DNA of 64,000 nucleotides from NCBI RefSeq assembly GCF_018350175.1, contig NC_058368.1:193256001-193320000 (forward strand). Reading direction: 5' to 3'. Within the stretch, counting starts at the first letter, position 1. Every line of letters begins with the position of its first letter. Origin of the DNA: Felis catus (taxonomy: Eukaryota). Under the pieces are notes generated by a model. That model was given only the letters and a program-made list of their open reading frames with translations. It had not been told where the DNA came from and made no database searches. The position numbers and the translations under genes are program-made. Shown here piece after piece: positions 31,011 through 44,612 of the stretch.

Positions 31011-32715
31011 AGTAATTACATGGTATTTATTGAGGACTGAATATATACAAAGCCTGATGAAAAATAACCAAGAAGTTTCTTCTCAAGTAAATCAATTTAA
31101 CAGAATGAATGGGACCCACCAGAAGCAACTATGATGCCTGAGCTGTGGTGAACAGCATAAGGAGTCACTGACTAAGTGCTAAGGAAGTACGGAGGTAGGA
31201 AAAGCCATGCCTAACTGGGAAAAATCTGGAAAGGCAGCATGGAAAAGGGGCCATTGACAGGGCTATGCAGGGCAGGCTGGCTTTGAGCATTCTGAAATTT
31301 AAAGAAAGGTATTTCCTGGGGGCAGGGACAGCCTGTGCTCTGGTGTGGAGGTGGAATGAGAATGTAAACAAGCAAGAATTTCACTTTGCCCCAAACAGCC
31401 ATTGTTCTATGGCCTTTGCATGGGGATCCTGCAGAAGATACTTGGCATCCATTTTTTTAGTCCTCACTGCTCTCTTCAGCCCAGGTAGACATATCTCCTT
31501 TTGACAAATGAGGAAACAGAGGTTCAGAGAGACAAAACAATTTAATTAAGGTCACCAAGCAGGTGATGGAGCTTGATTGTGAACCCAAATCCATCAAATT
31601 CCAATGGTGTTATTTCATTTGCTGGAAGTGGGTGTAGCTTGGAACAGGGCCAACCACTCTTCTCTTTCAAGGTTTACCTTCTCAGGTCCCAAACACCACT
31701 TGCCCACAGTTCCTAGACACAAAGGAATATTTGGCACCATACTGGTGTTAAAATGAGACTTCCTCCACATATATTTTTGGGTTTAAGTTCTTAGAAGAAG
31801 CCACTCTCTTTTTATAGCTAGCTGCCTGCTGGCTAGCCTATAATACCAAAACATATGGTTTCCCTATATCCAAAGCTCTCCCTAGAGCTCCTACTATCTG
31901 CTGATCCACCAGCTGGTTTCAGAAGTACGATGGGTTCCGAGGGCCTGGGTCCCTGCCTCAGGGTGCCAGATGTGGGCCTGGGTTGTCGTCTGTGGCTTAA
32001 CATATCCAGTATTTGAAGTCCTTTGCGTTGGAATGTTGTGGGTTTTTTTTTTTTTTTAAATATCAGCAAATGGGAGCAAAAATAACAATACATGCTTCTG
32101 CTTTAATTAATGTTTGGTTAGCTCCAGCACAAGGCATGTATTGAAAGGAGTTATTTTACTCAGAATAGCCAATTGAAAATCCTCTATTGCCAGTATCTTT
32201 TCACCCTACCCAGTTCCCTGCACACTCAGACCCCACCTCCCACATACCCCCAGCCAACCTGGCAGGGCAGCCCCAGAGGCAGGGAATACGTGCTCATCCT
32301 CTTCTTACCCCAAGTCTCCCAGTCATTTCACCAAAGGGATAACACAGCCCTTTCTGGGACAGTGAAGAAAATTACTAAGTAGGAAATCAGAAACTGCATA
32401 GATCTCCTACTCTTGTCCCTGCCATTTATTAAGGATATGATTTGGGCAAGTGATTTTATATAGCTGAGCCTCAGTCTCATCTATCTATGAAATGGGGACG
32501 ATAACAGGAGCAACCTAAAAGCACTGGGAGGATGATGTGTAATGGGCCTAGTGGGGTACCTGGACCCGAGTAGACACCTGGTGGAGGCAGCCACTACTAT
32601 TCAGAAATGAGAGATAACGTGGAAGGAAATTTCAGTGTGCTGTGAAGTGGAAAAAAGCAGGTTATAAAGCAGACTATACTATATGGATTCATTTTGAGAG
32701 AATTTAGTGTTCGTT

Positions 32716-33590
32716 TTTAAAAATTGAAGTAGAGTTGACACATAATGTTACATTAACTTCAGGTGTATGGCATAGCAATTCAAAAATTCTATGTTATGCA
32801 ATGCTTACCACATGTGTGGCTCCCATCTGCCAGCATACAATGCTACTACAATACCATTGACTTTATCCCCTGTGCTGCATTTTTCATTTCTATGACTTGT
32901 TCATTCCATAACTGCTGGAAGCCTGTATCTCCTACTCCCCTTCACCCATTTTGCCCATGCCCCTCTCCTCTGGCAGCCATAGGCTTATTTTCTGTATTCA
33001 TGGGGCTGTTTCTGCTGTTTGTTCATTTGTTGCGATTCCACATGTAAGCGAAATCCTACAGTATTTGTCTTTCTCTGACTTATTTCACTTAGCATAATAC
33101 CCTCTAGGTTTACCCATGTTACAAAGCATAAGATCTCTTTCTTTTTTATGGTCGAGTAGTATTTCACTGTATATATATTACTCCTCCTTTATCCATTCTA
33201 TCTATCCATCCATCGGTGGACACTTAGGTTGCTCCCATATCTTGGCTATCATAAATAATGCTGCAAGAAAAATGGGGGTGCACACATCTTTTTGAATTAG
33301 TGTTTTCCTATTCTTTGGGTACATAATCCGTAGTAGAATTACTGGATCATATGGTAACTCTGTTTTTAATTTTTTGAAAAACTGCCATGCTATCTTCCAC
33401 AGTGGCTGCACCTATTTGCATTCTACCAATAGTGCACCAACATTCCTTTTTCTCTACATTCTTATCAACACTTGTTATTTCTTGTCTTTTTGATTTTAGC
33501 CATTCTGACATGTAGAAGGTATCTTGCTGTGGTTCTGATTTGTATTTTCCTGATGATCAGTGATGCTGAGCTTCTTTTCATGTTTCTGTC
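32716..33590 (-). mobile_element. L1 3' end (ORF2 C-terminus and 3' UTR)
   Basis: ORFs 33202-33411 (QPLWK..W.F.KKLK.ELPYDP.I.L..YPK) and 32985-33167 (YY..IKK.EI..F.TW..LE.IMLSEISQ) are L1 ORF2 C-terminal remnants. Confidence 0.9.
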
Positions 33591-33751
33591 GGTATATGGC
33601 CCCATTTGAAATCAACTTTGGAAGAGATAAAGTGTCTGGAAGTAGGTAAACTAAGATATTACAGGAGTTATCCAAGTGGCTGGATTATAGGTTCTCTTTC
33701 TTTTCCACCTTTTACTATTTTCTGATTTTCTAAATGAATACCCACAATGGG

Positions 33752-33837
33752 TTTTTTTGGTTGTACTTATTTATTTATTTAATTTTTATTTTAGAGAGAG
33801 GAAGAGAGTGCAAGTTGGGGAGAGGGGTAGAGGGAGA

Positions 33838-33872
<35 letters not shown>

Positions 33873-33999
33873 GGAATCTTATGCAGGCTCCACCCTCAGT
33901 GTGAAGCCTGACGTAGGGCTCCATCCTAGGACCCTGGGATCATGATCTGAGCCAAAATCAAGAGTTGGATGCTCAACTGACTGAGCCACCCAGGCACAC
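33752..33999 (-). mobile_element. Older CanSINE with (GA)n tract
   Basis: Ends GATGCTCAACTGACTGAGCCACCCAGGCAC. Confidence 0.88.
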
Positions 34000-35461
34000 T
34001 GCACCGACAACCCCACCCCCACCCCCAATAGTGTTTATAATATGAAGAACACCTAGGACATACTGGTTAAAATTATGGGCTGTGAGATCAGACAATCTGG
34101 GTTCAAATCCCAGCATCTTCTCTACTGGCTGTGTGACCTTGGAGAAGTGGCTTGGCCTCTCTGAGTTCTGGCACACTCAACTGTAAAATGGAGATAGCAG
34201 CAATGCCTTCTCCTGTCAGTCTTTTAGTATTGTTGTTATTCTTTTATCACTAACTTGGTGACTGGTAAGGAGTCAGGAAGAGGGAAAAAGGGATCAGTAT
34301 AGACAGGAAGTGAGAAAAGTCTCTCTGAGGGGTTAATTTTTAAGCTGAGAGCTGAAGGTTGAGAATGATCTAGATGTGTGACAGAATCTGAAGAACAACA
34401 TTACAGACAGAGGAAATAGGAAGAGCAAAGGCTCTGAGGCAGGAAACGGCTTCATGTGTCCAAGGTAATTTGCAGTATAGGGGGAGTATGGAGAATGAGG
34501 CAAGGACTAGATCAAGCAGAGCCTCTGAAGCCAGGGCATGGGCTTTGAATTTAAAATTTAGAAGTCCAGCTCCAAGTGCCACCTCCTCTGAGAAGCCTGC
34601 CTGCTGCTTCTTACCTTAACTTCTAATTGTTCTGAACTCTTCTACTTTTCCCTTCCATACCACTCCTTGCTATGCTCTTTTTCACTGTTGCCATAGATTA
34701 TTAAATCGTTGGAGAGATTTTAGAGCTCCTCATAATTCCCTAGAATGTAATACAGCCTCAATATTTGTTGAGTGAACATGGAACTCCATACGTAGGCAAT
34801 TTGTAATGTTTTCCTCTGAGCTATCTATAGAGAAAATTATTTCTTAAGCTAATTAATAGCAAAAATATGATTACACAGGGAGTCATGTATTATACAAATT
34901 AATAAACTGATTTCAAAAACTTTAGAAGCACCCATTTTTGAGAAACAGGTATCTCAGATAAATCCATAATTCTTACATAGTTCTAAAATCATGTTCCCTC
35001 AGAATCTTTGCTCTGAAAAGTGGTTGTCATAGAACAAATTATTGTATAAAGTTAAAATAATAAAACTGAGTTTCTTTAAAAATATCATATAACACTGATG
35101 TCCTCACAAATTTAGACAGACTCCCACTCTTAGTGAATCTCTGTCATAAGTTTACCTGAATTATTATAGATATGGAATACTAACTTTGGGTTTTTCCCCT
35201 TTTCCCTTAGGAATTCTCACCAGGGACATAAATGGAGATGCATTTGCTTATGGGCTTGCTCTGGGCCATGCATAAGTTGGAAGAGGCTGTAAGAAATATT
35301 CAACTTCATCCTTACCCTCAAGAGACTGGAAATGATCTACCTCAGTTGTCAAACAGACATGGCATTCTGCTCATCACCAGAATCTGGGCCCTGGCATCTA
35401 CCTCTGTGTTTCTCATATGTTCAATGAGCATAGTATTATTTGTCCCATTATTCATGGGACG

Positions 35462-36057
35462 TGTAGTGGGCAGAATTCTAAGATGGCTCCAGGACCTCCA
35501 TTTTCCTCTCTCTCCCACGTTATTCCTATGATCATGTCATATTCCATTGCAAAAGGGATTTTGCAAATGTAATTAAATTTACCTATCAGTTGAACTTAAG
35601 ACAGGGACATTATCTAGGTGGCCCTAATATAATCTCATTAAGGTCTATAGAAGAAGAGACTTTCCTCTAGCTGGAAACAGAAGAAGTCTGACGTGGAAGG
35701 GAACTGATGTGAGGTTGGTTCTCCATTGCTGTGTTGGAGGGGGCCAAGGGACAAGGATCTGAGAGTGGCCTCTGGAAGCTGAGAGGACTCCCTCCTAACA
35801 GCCAGCAAGCAAATGGGGATTTTGGTCCTTAATTGCAAAGAATTGAATTCAGGTCATACCAGAAATGGATTTGGAAGAGGACCCTGAGTTCCAGATGAGA
35901 ACTCAACTGATTAACACCTTCATTTCAGTCTTGTAAGAACTGGAGCAGAGAGAAAGTTACAGGATACTGGCCTTCTGCCCTACAGAACTGGGAGGTAATA
36001 TATGTGTTATTTTCAACTATAAAGTGGTAATTTGTTAGACAGCATAGAAGACTAAAG
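35462..36057 (+). mobile_element. MLT1-type MaLR solo LTR
   Basis: TGTAGTGGGCAGAATTCTAAGATGGCTCC...GTGGTAATTTGTTAGACAGCATAGAAGACTAA. Confidence 0.8.
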
Positions 36058-36285
36058 TATAATTGTCTCTTTAAACCATCTCTTGTGGCAGCCACTTGAG
36101 GGTGATACAATAACTCCTTAACCCATTGTTCTGTTCTAGCCTCACGCTCCACTTTTCTCCTTTATGGTCTCTGGATGAAGTTGGTTATAAAGCTGGGAAC
36201 AAAAGCCATATGCCAAGAACTAGGTGGTGACCTTGGATAAGCTACCTAACGACACTAAGCATGTTTCCTTACCTACAAAATGGGA

Positions 36286-36850
36286 TGTGGTGTGCTGAAA
36301 ACTGGTCCCCCAAATACATGATCCAATTTCTAGAACCTGTGAGTATGTTACATTGAAGGCAAGAGACACTTCTCAGATAGAATTAAGGTCAGGGACCTTA
36401 AAGCAGGGTGATTATCCAGGTGGACTCAATGTAATCATATTGGTCTTTAAAAGTAAAGAGTTGCTCAAAGAGATGAGGCAGAAAAAGAGCCAGGAGAGAT
36501 TTAAGGTGTCAGATGACTTGGTCCTCCATTTCTGGTTTTGATAAAGAAAGAAGGCCATTGAACCAAGCAATGAGGGAGCTGGGAAGAGCCCTCAGCTCAA
36601 GCCCTTGTTTCCTCAGAAACAAGAGCCTTAGTCCAATAACCACAGGAATTCAAATTTGCTAACACCTTGAATAACCAAGGAAATGAATTTTGCCCTAGAG
36701 CCCCCAGAAAGGAACATGGCTCTGCCACAACCTTTATTTTAGCCCAGTTAAATTTATACTGGATTTCTGGCTTAACAGGGCTGTAAGAAAATAAATTTGT
36801 ATTGTTTTTGACTGCAGTGTTTTGTTATGGCAGTAATGGAAACTGATATA
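36286..36850 (+). mobile_element. MLT1-type MaLR solo LTR inserted within a MIR
   Basis: TGTGGTGTGCTGAAAACTGGTCCCCC...AATAAATTTGTATTG...TTTGTTATGGCAGTAATGGAAACTGATATA; MIR sequence on both sides. Confidence 0.75.
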
Positions 36851-37029
36851 GGGATGAAGAATAAATACATGTAAAGTATGCAGGACAGAGACCAGAATAT
36901 AGTAAGTGCCTAATCTATGCTATTTTTTCCTCACTACTATTTTTATTAGTTATTAACTGCTCTGGCTACATTTACCTTCCCTATCCATTCTGAGTGCTTT
37001 CATTCTTGCATACCTTTTATTTTCTTGCT

Positions 37030-37175
37030 TCTCTCTTTCCCTTCCTTCCTTCCTTCCTTCCTTCCTTCCTTCCTTCCTTCCTTCCCTCCCTCCCTCCCTC
37101 CCTCCCTCCCTCCCTCCCTCCTTCTCTCTCTCTCTCTCTCTCTCTCATCTTTCTTTCTCTCTCCCTTTCTCTCTC

Positions 37176-37216
<41 letters not shown>
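37030..37216. repeat. Polypyrimidine compound microsatellite (CCTT)n(CCCT)n(CT)n
   Basis: About 185 bp almost purely C/T on the + strand. Confidence 0.95.
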
Positions 37217-37219
<3 letters not shown>

Positions 37220-37464
37220 ACCCTTAGATATCCTTCCAAAATTCAAAATCCATCTCAGATGACATTATCTCCAAAAAGATTTTCCCAACTCTTTCAGACA
37301 CATGCAATCCCCTTTTGTCCCTTTGCTAGCTATTATATTATTTAAACTCTAGGTTGTATGAAGGGCTTTATCTCTTTATTAAATTCTATATGCAGTGATA
37401 TGTTATGATAACAAAAGATACCCAAATCCTTGCTAAAATAGCCCACATATATTTCCTTCTTTAT

Positions 37465-37681
37465 TTTATTATTTTTTTCAACGTTTATTTATTTTTGGGA
37501 CAGAGAGAGACAGAGCACGAATGGGGGAGGGGCAGAGAGAGAGGGAGACACAGAATCGGAAGCAGGCTCCAGGCTCCGAACCATCAGCCCAGAGCCTGAC
37601 GCGGGGCTCGAACTCACGGACCGTGAGATCGTGACCTGGCTGAAGTAGGACGCTTAACCGACTGCGCCACCCAGGTGCCCC
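37465..37681 (-). mobile_element. Young felid CanSINE with perfect 17-bp TSD
   Basis: TSD TATATTTCCTTCTTTAT at 37448-37464 and 37682-37698. Confidence 0.96.
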
Positions 37682-37704
37682 TATATTTCCTTCTTTATAA
37701 AAAA

Positions 37705-38378
37705 AATCATTTCATTATGAAAAGAAGATTTAACATTGGATATACTCTCTTAAAATATTAAGTGTACAAAACAGTATTAACTAACAATGTTATACAGCTG
37801 ATCTCTAGAACTTACTCATCTTGCTTCACTGAAACTTTATGCCCGTTGATTAATAAGTCCAGATTTTCCCCTCCCCTCAGCCTCTGGCAGTTACCATTCA
37901 ATTCTGTGTTTCTTTGTATCTGACTATTAAGACACCTCATATAAATGGAATCATGCAACATTTGTCCTGTGACTAGCTTTTTTTCTCTCAGCACAATATC
38001 CTCAAGGTTCATGGCTATTGTCATATATTGCAGAATGTCCTCCACCCTTTTTAAGGATGAATAGTATTCTACTATATGTATATACCACATTTTCTTTGTT
38101 CATTCATCATTGATGGACACATAGGTTGTTCTGTATCTTGGCTATTGTGAAGAGTGCTGCAAAGAATATGAAAAGTGCTAATATCTCTTCCAGATCATGA
38201 TTTCAATTCTTTGGAATAAATACCCAAAGGAAGATTGCTGAATAATATGGCAGTTCTACTTTTAATTTTTTGAGAAACTTCCATGTCATTTTCCATAGTG
38301 GCTACACCATCTTGAATTCCCACCAACAGTGTACAAGGGTCCCAATTTCTCCACACATCCTTGCCAACACTTGTTATA
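37705..38378 (-). mobile_element. L1 3' end fragment
   Basis: ORF 37812-38090 (MWYIH..EYYS.LK....L......MNLEDI.L.E) and the end of ORF 38195-38590 are L1 ORF2 C-terminal remnants. Confidence 0.85.
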
Positions 38379-40294
38379 TTACAGGTGAATTTCTTGTTCA
38401 TCCCACATGTATACGGTGGGTTGGTTGGGGGCTCTTTTTCCCTCACCCTCCCTCTAGGGCCAAGACCAACAAAGCAGCAGTTGTCTGGAACATCCCTAGT
38501 TTCACAGTGGCTCTTAAAGCTTTTTCCCAGTAGTGACACATGCCCCTTCTGCTCATATTTCATTGGCCAGTTGAAATAAAATGGCAGCACCTAGCATCAG
38601 TATGGAAAGAGACGAGTGATACTACTCTGTGCATAAGAGGAAGGGAGTTAGGTATATCTAGTGGCAGCATTCATGGCAACCACAAGTTCTCAACCCACTA
38701 CAGCCCCCTAGTAAGAAGTTCTCCTTTCACAGTCACCTTTTCCTGACGAAGAGCTTGAGTCTCAGAAAAGATAGTGATTGGCCAGATATTTTCTAAGTGG
38801 CAGGGATGAAACTCGGATCCAACTGTCCTTGTTTCATCCCTGCTGCAACTCTGTCAAATGCTGATCTATACCTGACACTGGGCTGGGGATGCAGCAGATG
38901 ACAAGCTTGCCTCAGTGCCTGCCTTCATGCTTACTGTCCATTACTGTGCCCAGTTCTCCTTCCAGTCTTCCATACCTGCATCCTTTCTCTCTCTATGCCT
39001 CTCGTGTTACCTGTTTTTAGAGTTGCACTCCTCCACCCCTGCCCAACTAGATCATAAGCAAGTAGAGGACAGGGGTAGGACCTTCAGCTTTGATTCCTTT
39101 ACAACCCCTTATGTATTAGGCACTCAACAAATGTTCCTTGGATTGAACACAAAATTGAAAACAAAATTTACTTCAGATGCCAAACATTTGTTCTCTGCTT
39201 ATATCCCCCTGTATGTTCCTAGGGCTAGTGTATTAATAGGGATTTGCATGTGCTTTGCTGGGTTATTATAGACAACACTAACTCTCTATCATCATATATT
39301 TGAAAAAGAAATTAATAAGAGCATCAACAATACACCTCATAAATCACTCTGAAAATTGCTGAAGTAACTTCTTAGTCTCTTTTTTTCTTTCCAAGGGATT
39401 CTACTTCTTCCAGTGACTTACACTAAACTGACAGTTCTAATTAGCAGCCATGAAAACTCAAGGTTTTAAATCAATGGGAGATTAGAAAAGAATTTTCTAG
39501 AGATGTGATAAAACTTCTTCTCATAAGAGACGTCATGTGTCTCACTGGTTGGGTTTAGGTGAGAAAGAGAAGTCTGTGAGAAGGAAGATGAAGTGGGGAA
39601 AAGAGTAAGAGGGGAGAACATGTGTCTTAGGTACCGGTCTGGCCTCGGGGGGCTGAGAAGATTGCTTGTCATTTACTGCATGTGTAGGAATGTCAAGGAA
39701 GGGCCTCCATTATTTTACATCTCACAGCTCTGGGTTCTGACATAACCTAGAAACTGAATTTTGGCCCAGACTGAGAGCCCAGCTTATCCTCAGGCAGCAG
39801 CAGTTTAAGGAGTCAAGATTGAATTGACTTTGATGCTGTCACTCCTTGCCATTTACTTGACAGATATTAAGTACCTTCTTTGTGCCAGGCCATGTGCTGA
39901 TGACACTTCCCAGGCTTACCAGAGGAAGGACCAACTAAGACCTAAAGAATGAGTTCACCAGGAAAGGTTGTATTATAGGGAAGGTTGTAACAGGCAGAAG
40001 AAAATAATAAAAAAACAAAGATATGGGAGTAAAAGAGATCAGTGGTTCCCCCCACAGAGGAACAGTAGAAAAATACAGTAGGGGCCCTGGTGGGGAGGGT
40101 GCAGGGTAGTAGGAAATGAGGCCAACAAGGAGGCTGTGCAGGGTCCTGGAATACCAGAAGGACTCTGGCAGAAAGACAGTGAGGGATGGAAAGCAGGGGG
40201 CAACATGAACAACCCACATGTTGTGAGAAATCACTTTACCTTGCATAGTGGAGAATGGATTAGGGTGAGGTGGCAGGAAGAATGGGAGCATGGT

Positions 40295-40492
40295 GGGGCA
40301 CCTGGGTGGCTCATTGGGTTAAGAGTTTGACTTCGGCTCAGGTCATGATCTCACAGTTTGTGGGTTTGAGCCCCGTGTTGGCTCAGTGCTGACAGCTCAG
40401 AGCCTGGAGCCTGCTTTGGATTCTGTGTCTCCCTCTTTTCTCTGCCCCTCCCTGATTTATGCTCTATGTACCTCTCAAAAAAAAAAAAAAAA
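40295..40492 (+). mobile_element. CanSINE inserted in an L2-like region
   Basis: TSD AAGAATGG(G/C)AGCATGG at 40278-40293 and 40493-40508. Confidence 0.93.
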
Positions 40493-40949
40493 AAGAATGG
40501 CAGCATGGAGATGAATCAGCAATACTGCAGGAGCCCAGATCAGAGGTGATGAGTATGTGGACACACAGTAGCAGCAAGGGTGGAAAGAATGTGGGGAGAC
40601 TTACGTAGATTTGGGAGGTGGAATCTCTGTGTGAAGACTCATTGAACACAGAGGGTGAAGGAGAGACCTCACTGATTTTTGAAGGCTTTATTTTTTGATT
40701 GACTATTTTGTGCCAGCCATTTTACAAGACGTTTATATTTATTCCTCATTGTACACTATGAGGAAAGTAGTATTTAGCTCCATTTTATGAATGGAGAAAC
40801 TTGTCAAGGTTAGGTGTGTTCCCATCAACACACGGGTAGCCTGAGTCCAGAGTTCACCTTCGAATCCCTAGGTTATCCTCTCTCCCTCCTCTTATCTACT
40901 AGGTTTCTGGTTAACGCATCTCAGAAGGAATTTAAGAACAAACAAACAA

Positions 40950-41182
40950 AAGGGAAAAAAATGAGAGAAAGAGAGAAAGAGACAAAGCAAGAAATGGATT
41001 CTTAATTATAAAGAACAATGTGATGGTTGCCAGAGAGGGGGGGCAGATGGGGATTAAGGAGTGCACTTGTAATGATGAGCACAGGGTGATTTAAGGAAGT
41101 GTTAAATTACTATATTGTACACCTGCAACTAATATTATACTTTATGTCAACTAATTGGAATTAAAATAAAAACTTTTAAAAA
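40950..41182 (+). mobile_element. Short carnivore-type L1 3' UTR fragment
   Basis: GGGGATTAAGGAGTGCACTTGTAATGATGAGCAC...CTATATTGTACACCTGCAACTAATATTATAC...AAAATAAAA. Confidence 0.75.
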
Positions 41183-42139
41183 ATGTATCTCAGAAGAGAA
41201 TGGTGACATCTTCTGAGATAGGGAGCCCCCAGGAAGAAGCAAATATTCTAGTAGAATCTTTCTCACAATTGTAGAATCCCTGCTATCACACAGCCACGGA
41301 TAATGACATCTACAACCTTGCACTTCCCAGCCTGCAGGAAAATCCACTGTTTCTCCTCTCTGCATCCTGTCTGGATGGGCACTCAGCCTTAGTTCCCATT
41401 CCTTGGGTGTGTTCCTGGGGAGATGGGGCCCTGCTCCAGTCCCTCAACCCCTGTTTAGCACCCTGATGGTGCTGGGGGCCTCTGTACACACACTTCCTGT
41501 AGTTTCTTAGCAGTTAGCATGTAAATTAGTAATGAAAATATCCCTGGGAATCTGGGAATGAAAACTGGGGTAGGCCTCAGGGGGGAGAAAAAGTGCCTGA
41601 GATAAAGGAGGAGGAGAGGTACCTGGTATATTAGAGCAGTTGACTAGGGAGTAGCTGTGTTAACCATGGACAAGGTACCTAATTCATTTCAAGTCTTTTC
41701 CCCCATCTGTATGTAAAACACAAGAGAGGGAATAATGCTTGCTTGCCTCGTGGTTGTTGTAAAGATCAAATACAATAATAGATGACTGTACTTTGAAAAT
41801 CAAAACACTCTTTACAAATGAGAGAATTTGAAGTTCTGATATCACAAGTTAGAATCAGAGACACAAGTGCCAGAAGGTACCTTGGGGATTGTCAAGGTCG
41901 TCCCGATTATTTTACAGGTGAGGAAAACCAGGCTGAGGTTCAGAGAGATTAAATGACTTTTGCCAAAGTCACCCTCAAAATTAATGTTGGAGCTAGGTTT
42001 TAGAAGGCAAATCTTTGACTGTAAACTCTATTGCTTTGGCGGGATAGAACTGTAATTGACTCTGGGTTTTTAGTCAGAGTGACTTATTAATTGTGTGAGT
42101 TGTGTGGGTTTGGCCAATTTATGTAATCTTTTTGAACAT

Positions 42140-42358
42140 TTAAAAAAAATTTAAATGTTTATTCCTAAGAGAGAGAGAGAGAAAGAGCACACAAACAGGG
42201 GAGGGGTAGAGAGAGAGAGGGAGACGCAGAATCCAAAATAGGCTCCAGGCTCTGAACTGTCAGCATACAGCCCAATGTGGGGCTCAAACTCACGAACCAT
42301 GAGATTGTGACCTGAGCTGAAGTCAGGTGCTTAACCGACTAAGCCATCCAGGTGCCCC
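42140..42358 (-). mobile_element. CanSINE inserted in a MIR
   Basis: Ends CTTAACCGACTAAGCCATCCAGGTGCCCC; MIR core resumes afterwards (ATCTGTAAAAATGG...GATTAAATGAGATAAT). Confidence 0.92.
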
Positions 42359-44119
42359 ACACATTTTTTTTTAATCTGTAAAAATGGAAGTTATAATTAC
42401 CTTACTCAATGGGTTGTTAAAGAAGATTAAATGAGATAATGTTAGTAGGTACTGGATAAACAGTGGTCATGATTATTATGATGCTTAAAACCATTTGTTG
42501 CATGTTGGCATATGTCACCACCCATCCTCCCAACTGAAGATTGAGCCACTCTAAACTTCAGAGGTTTCCAACCCAATCCAATGCGCCCCTGGCCTTAATT
42601 TTGTTTCCTACATATTTTAATGAGAGAATCAGAGGTGAGGCCACAGAGAGGGAATATCATTCCTTAATGTTTCCCAATACTCACTTTAGCCCTATCCCAA
42701 AAGTTCCTTAGAAGATCTTAGTTCAAAGCCTGGTCAAGAGGCTGTGTGTGTACCTTTTCTGGCCTAGTTGAATATTTTATGCAACTAACTGAGAAAGGTA
42801 GAGGGGGAGTTTGACTGATGTAGGATTAGAGAGTCCCTTATGTTTTCCCAGGGAAATCCTTATTCATTGGTATGAAGAGACTGAGAAATTAGGAGAACCC
42901 AACAGTGTGATTAAATCTCACTCAAGGGAATTGTGTTTTGCACTATTAAGGATAATATTTAGAATGAGACTTTCTCTCCAGGGTAAAGAACCAGAGAAGA
43001 ATTAAAGTGGTTTTGAATCCAGGGAGATGTCATTAAAATGATTTCTGTGTTCATCCACTCCCAAACACTGAAGTATCATAGATAAGGCTAGAGTCTGAGC
43101 TTGTCTCCTTGATAAACATGAACTATGAATCACCATCACAAAAAGTTCAATCACATCTTGACTATATGCAAAAATCTCTTGCCTCTGCCCAGGTTCTCTG
43201 TCCAGCTTCAGTCTATGAATTTTAATTAAAGGTTTTAATTTGCTTATTCCTTCTTCTTTTCTCGTATGGAAATGATTGCAGAGGGGCATAACCTACCAGT
43301 GTATACATATGCATTTCTGATAAGAAGACATGGAAATCTGAAGTCAGACTTTCTACAGAAATAATTATATAAATGCACATTCATATTATAAGGCTGGTTC
43401 CAGTTTTCTAAACACAGTGATTTCCACTAGCTCACAGTTCTTAGCACTACTCCATGGCCAATTTCCTATTTTTTCCTTACTTGATCGCATGGCAACCTTT
43501 GACATAGGTGTTTATGCCATCCTCTTGGATACACTCCTTTCACTTGGTTTCTAGGACATAACTCTCCTCGCTTTTCTCTTTCTTCACTGCTCCTTCACAT
43601 TCCCTCTCTTATGGTTCTTCATGACCTCTAAATGCTCAAGAGTTCAAGACTTGGATGTCTCCTTTTCACTATCTGGATTCATCCCACAAGGTAACCTCAT
43701 CTACTCCCATGACTTTATATACTGTATGTGCATGATTCCCAAAATGTTGAAATCAACACTGGACCTTCCTCCTTACCCCCAGACTCATGAACCTGTTCCA
43801 AACTGAACCCTTATTTCTTTCCATTTCATACCTGTTCTTCCACTAATGTTCTCCATCTCAGTAAATGGCATCACTGTTCTTTTAGTTACTGAGAGATTAA
43901 AACATTAACTGCTCTCTATTCCTCACACTCCACTTCCAATCCAACAGAAATCCCATTGTTTCTACCTCAAAAATACATTTGGGGTCAGGTCACTTCTCAC
44001 CAACTCCATAGTTATCACCATACTCCTAGCCATTATTTCTTTCCTGGGCTAATGCAATAACATCTTGCTTGGTCTCCCCTCTTTAGGTCTATAGTAGCTA
44101 TTCTCCACAGAGCAACTTG

Positions 44120-44334
44120 CAGGGTTTCTTAACCTCAATGATTAACATTTGGGGCAAGATAATTCTTTGTGGTGGAAGGATGTACTCTCCATCATAGGGT
44201 TTTTAGCAGCATCCCTGGCCTGTATCCATTAGATTCTGGTAGGTACCCTCTTCCATTTTTGCCCATTGAAAATGTCAGTAGACCTTGTCCAATGTCACCC
44301 AGTGGACAAAATCATCCCTGGCTTAGAACCACTG
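44120..44334 (+). mobile_element. MER20-like hAT MITE
   Basis: CAGGGTTTCTTAACCTC...GATAATTCTTTGTGGTGG...TTTAGCAGCATCCCTGGCC...TTAGAACCACTG. Confidence 0.8.
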
Positions 44335-44397
44335 AGTTAGAGATCCTTAAAAAATATAAATGTAAAAATGTAAATCATTTCCCTGCTCTAAACTTCT

Positions 44398-44612
44398 CAG
44401 TGGTGGTTACCAAGGGCTAGGGGGAGAAGGAAATGGAGAATTACTAATTAATTGACATAAAGTTTCAGTTAATTAGTATGAACAAGTTCTAGAGATTTAC
44501 TATATAACATTGTACCTATAGTCAATAATAATATACACTTAAAATTTTGTTAATAGGGTAGCTCTTGTGTTAAATATCCTCATCACAGTCAAAATAATAA
44601 TTTAAAAAAAGA
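44398..44612 (+). mobile_element. L1 3' UTR fragment
   Basis: GTGGTTACCAAGGGCTAGGGG...AAAGTTTCAGTT...AAGTTCTAGAGAT...TATACACTTAAAATTTTGTTAATAGGGTAG. Confidence 0.75.
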
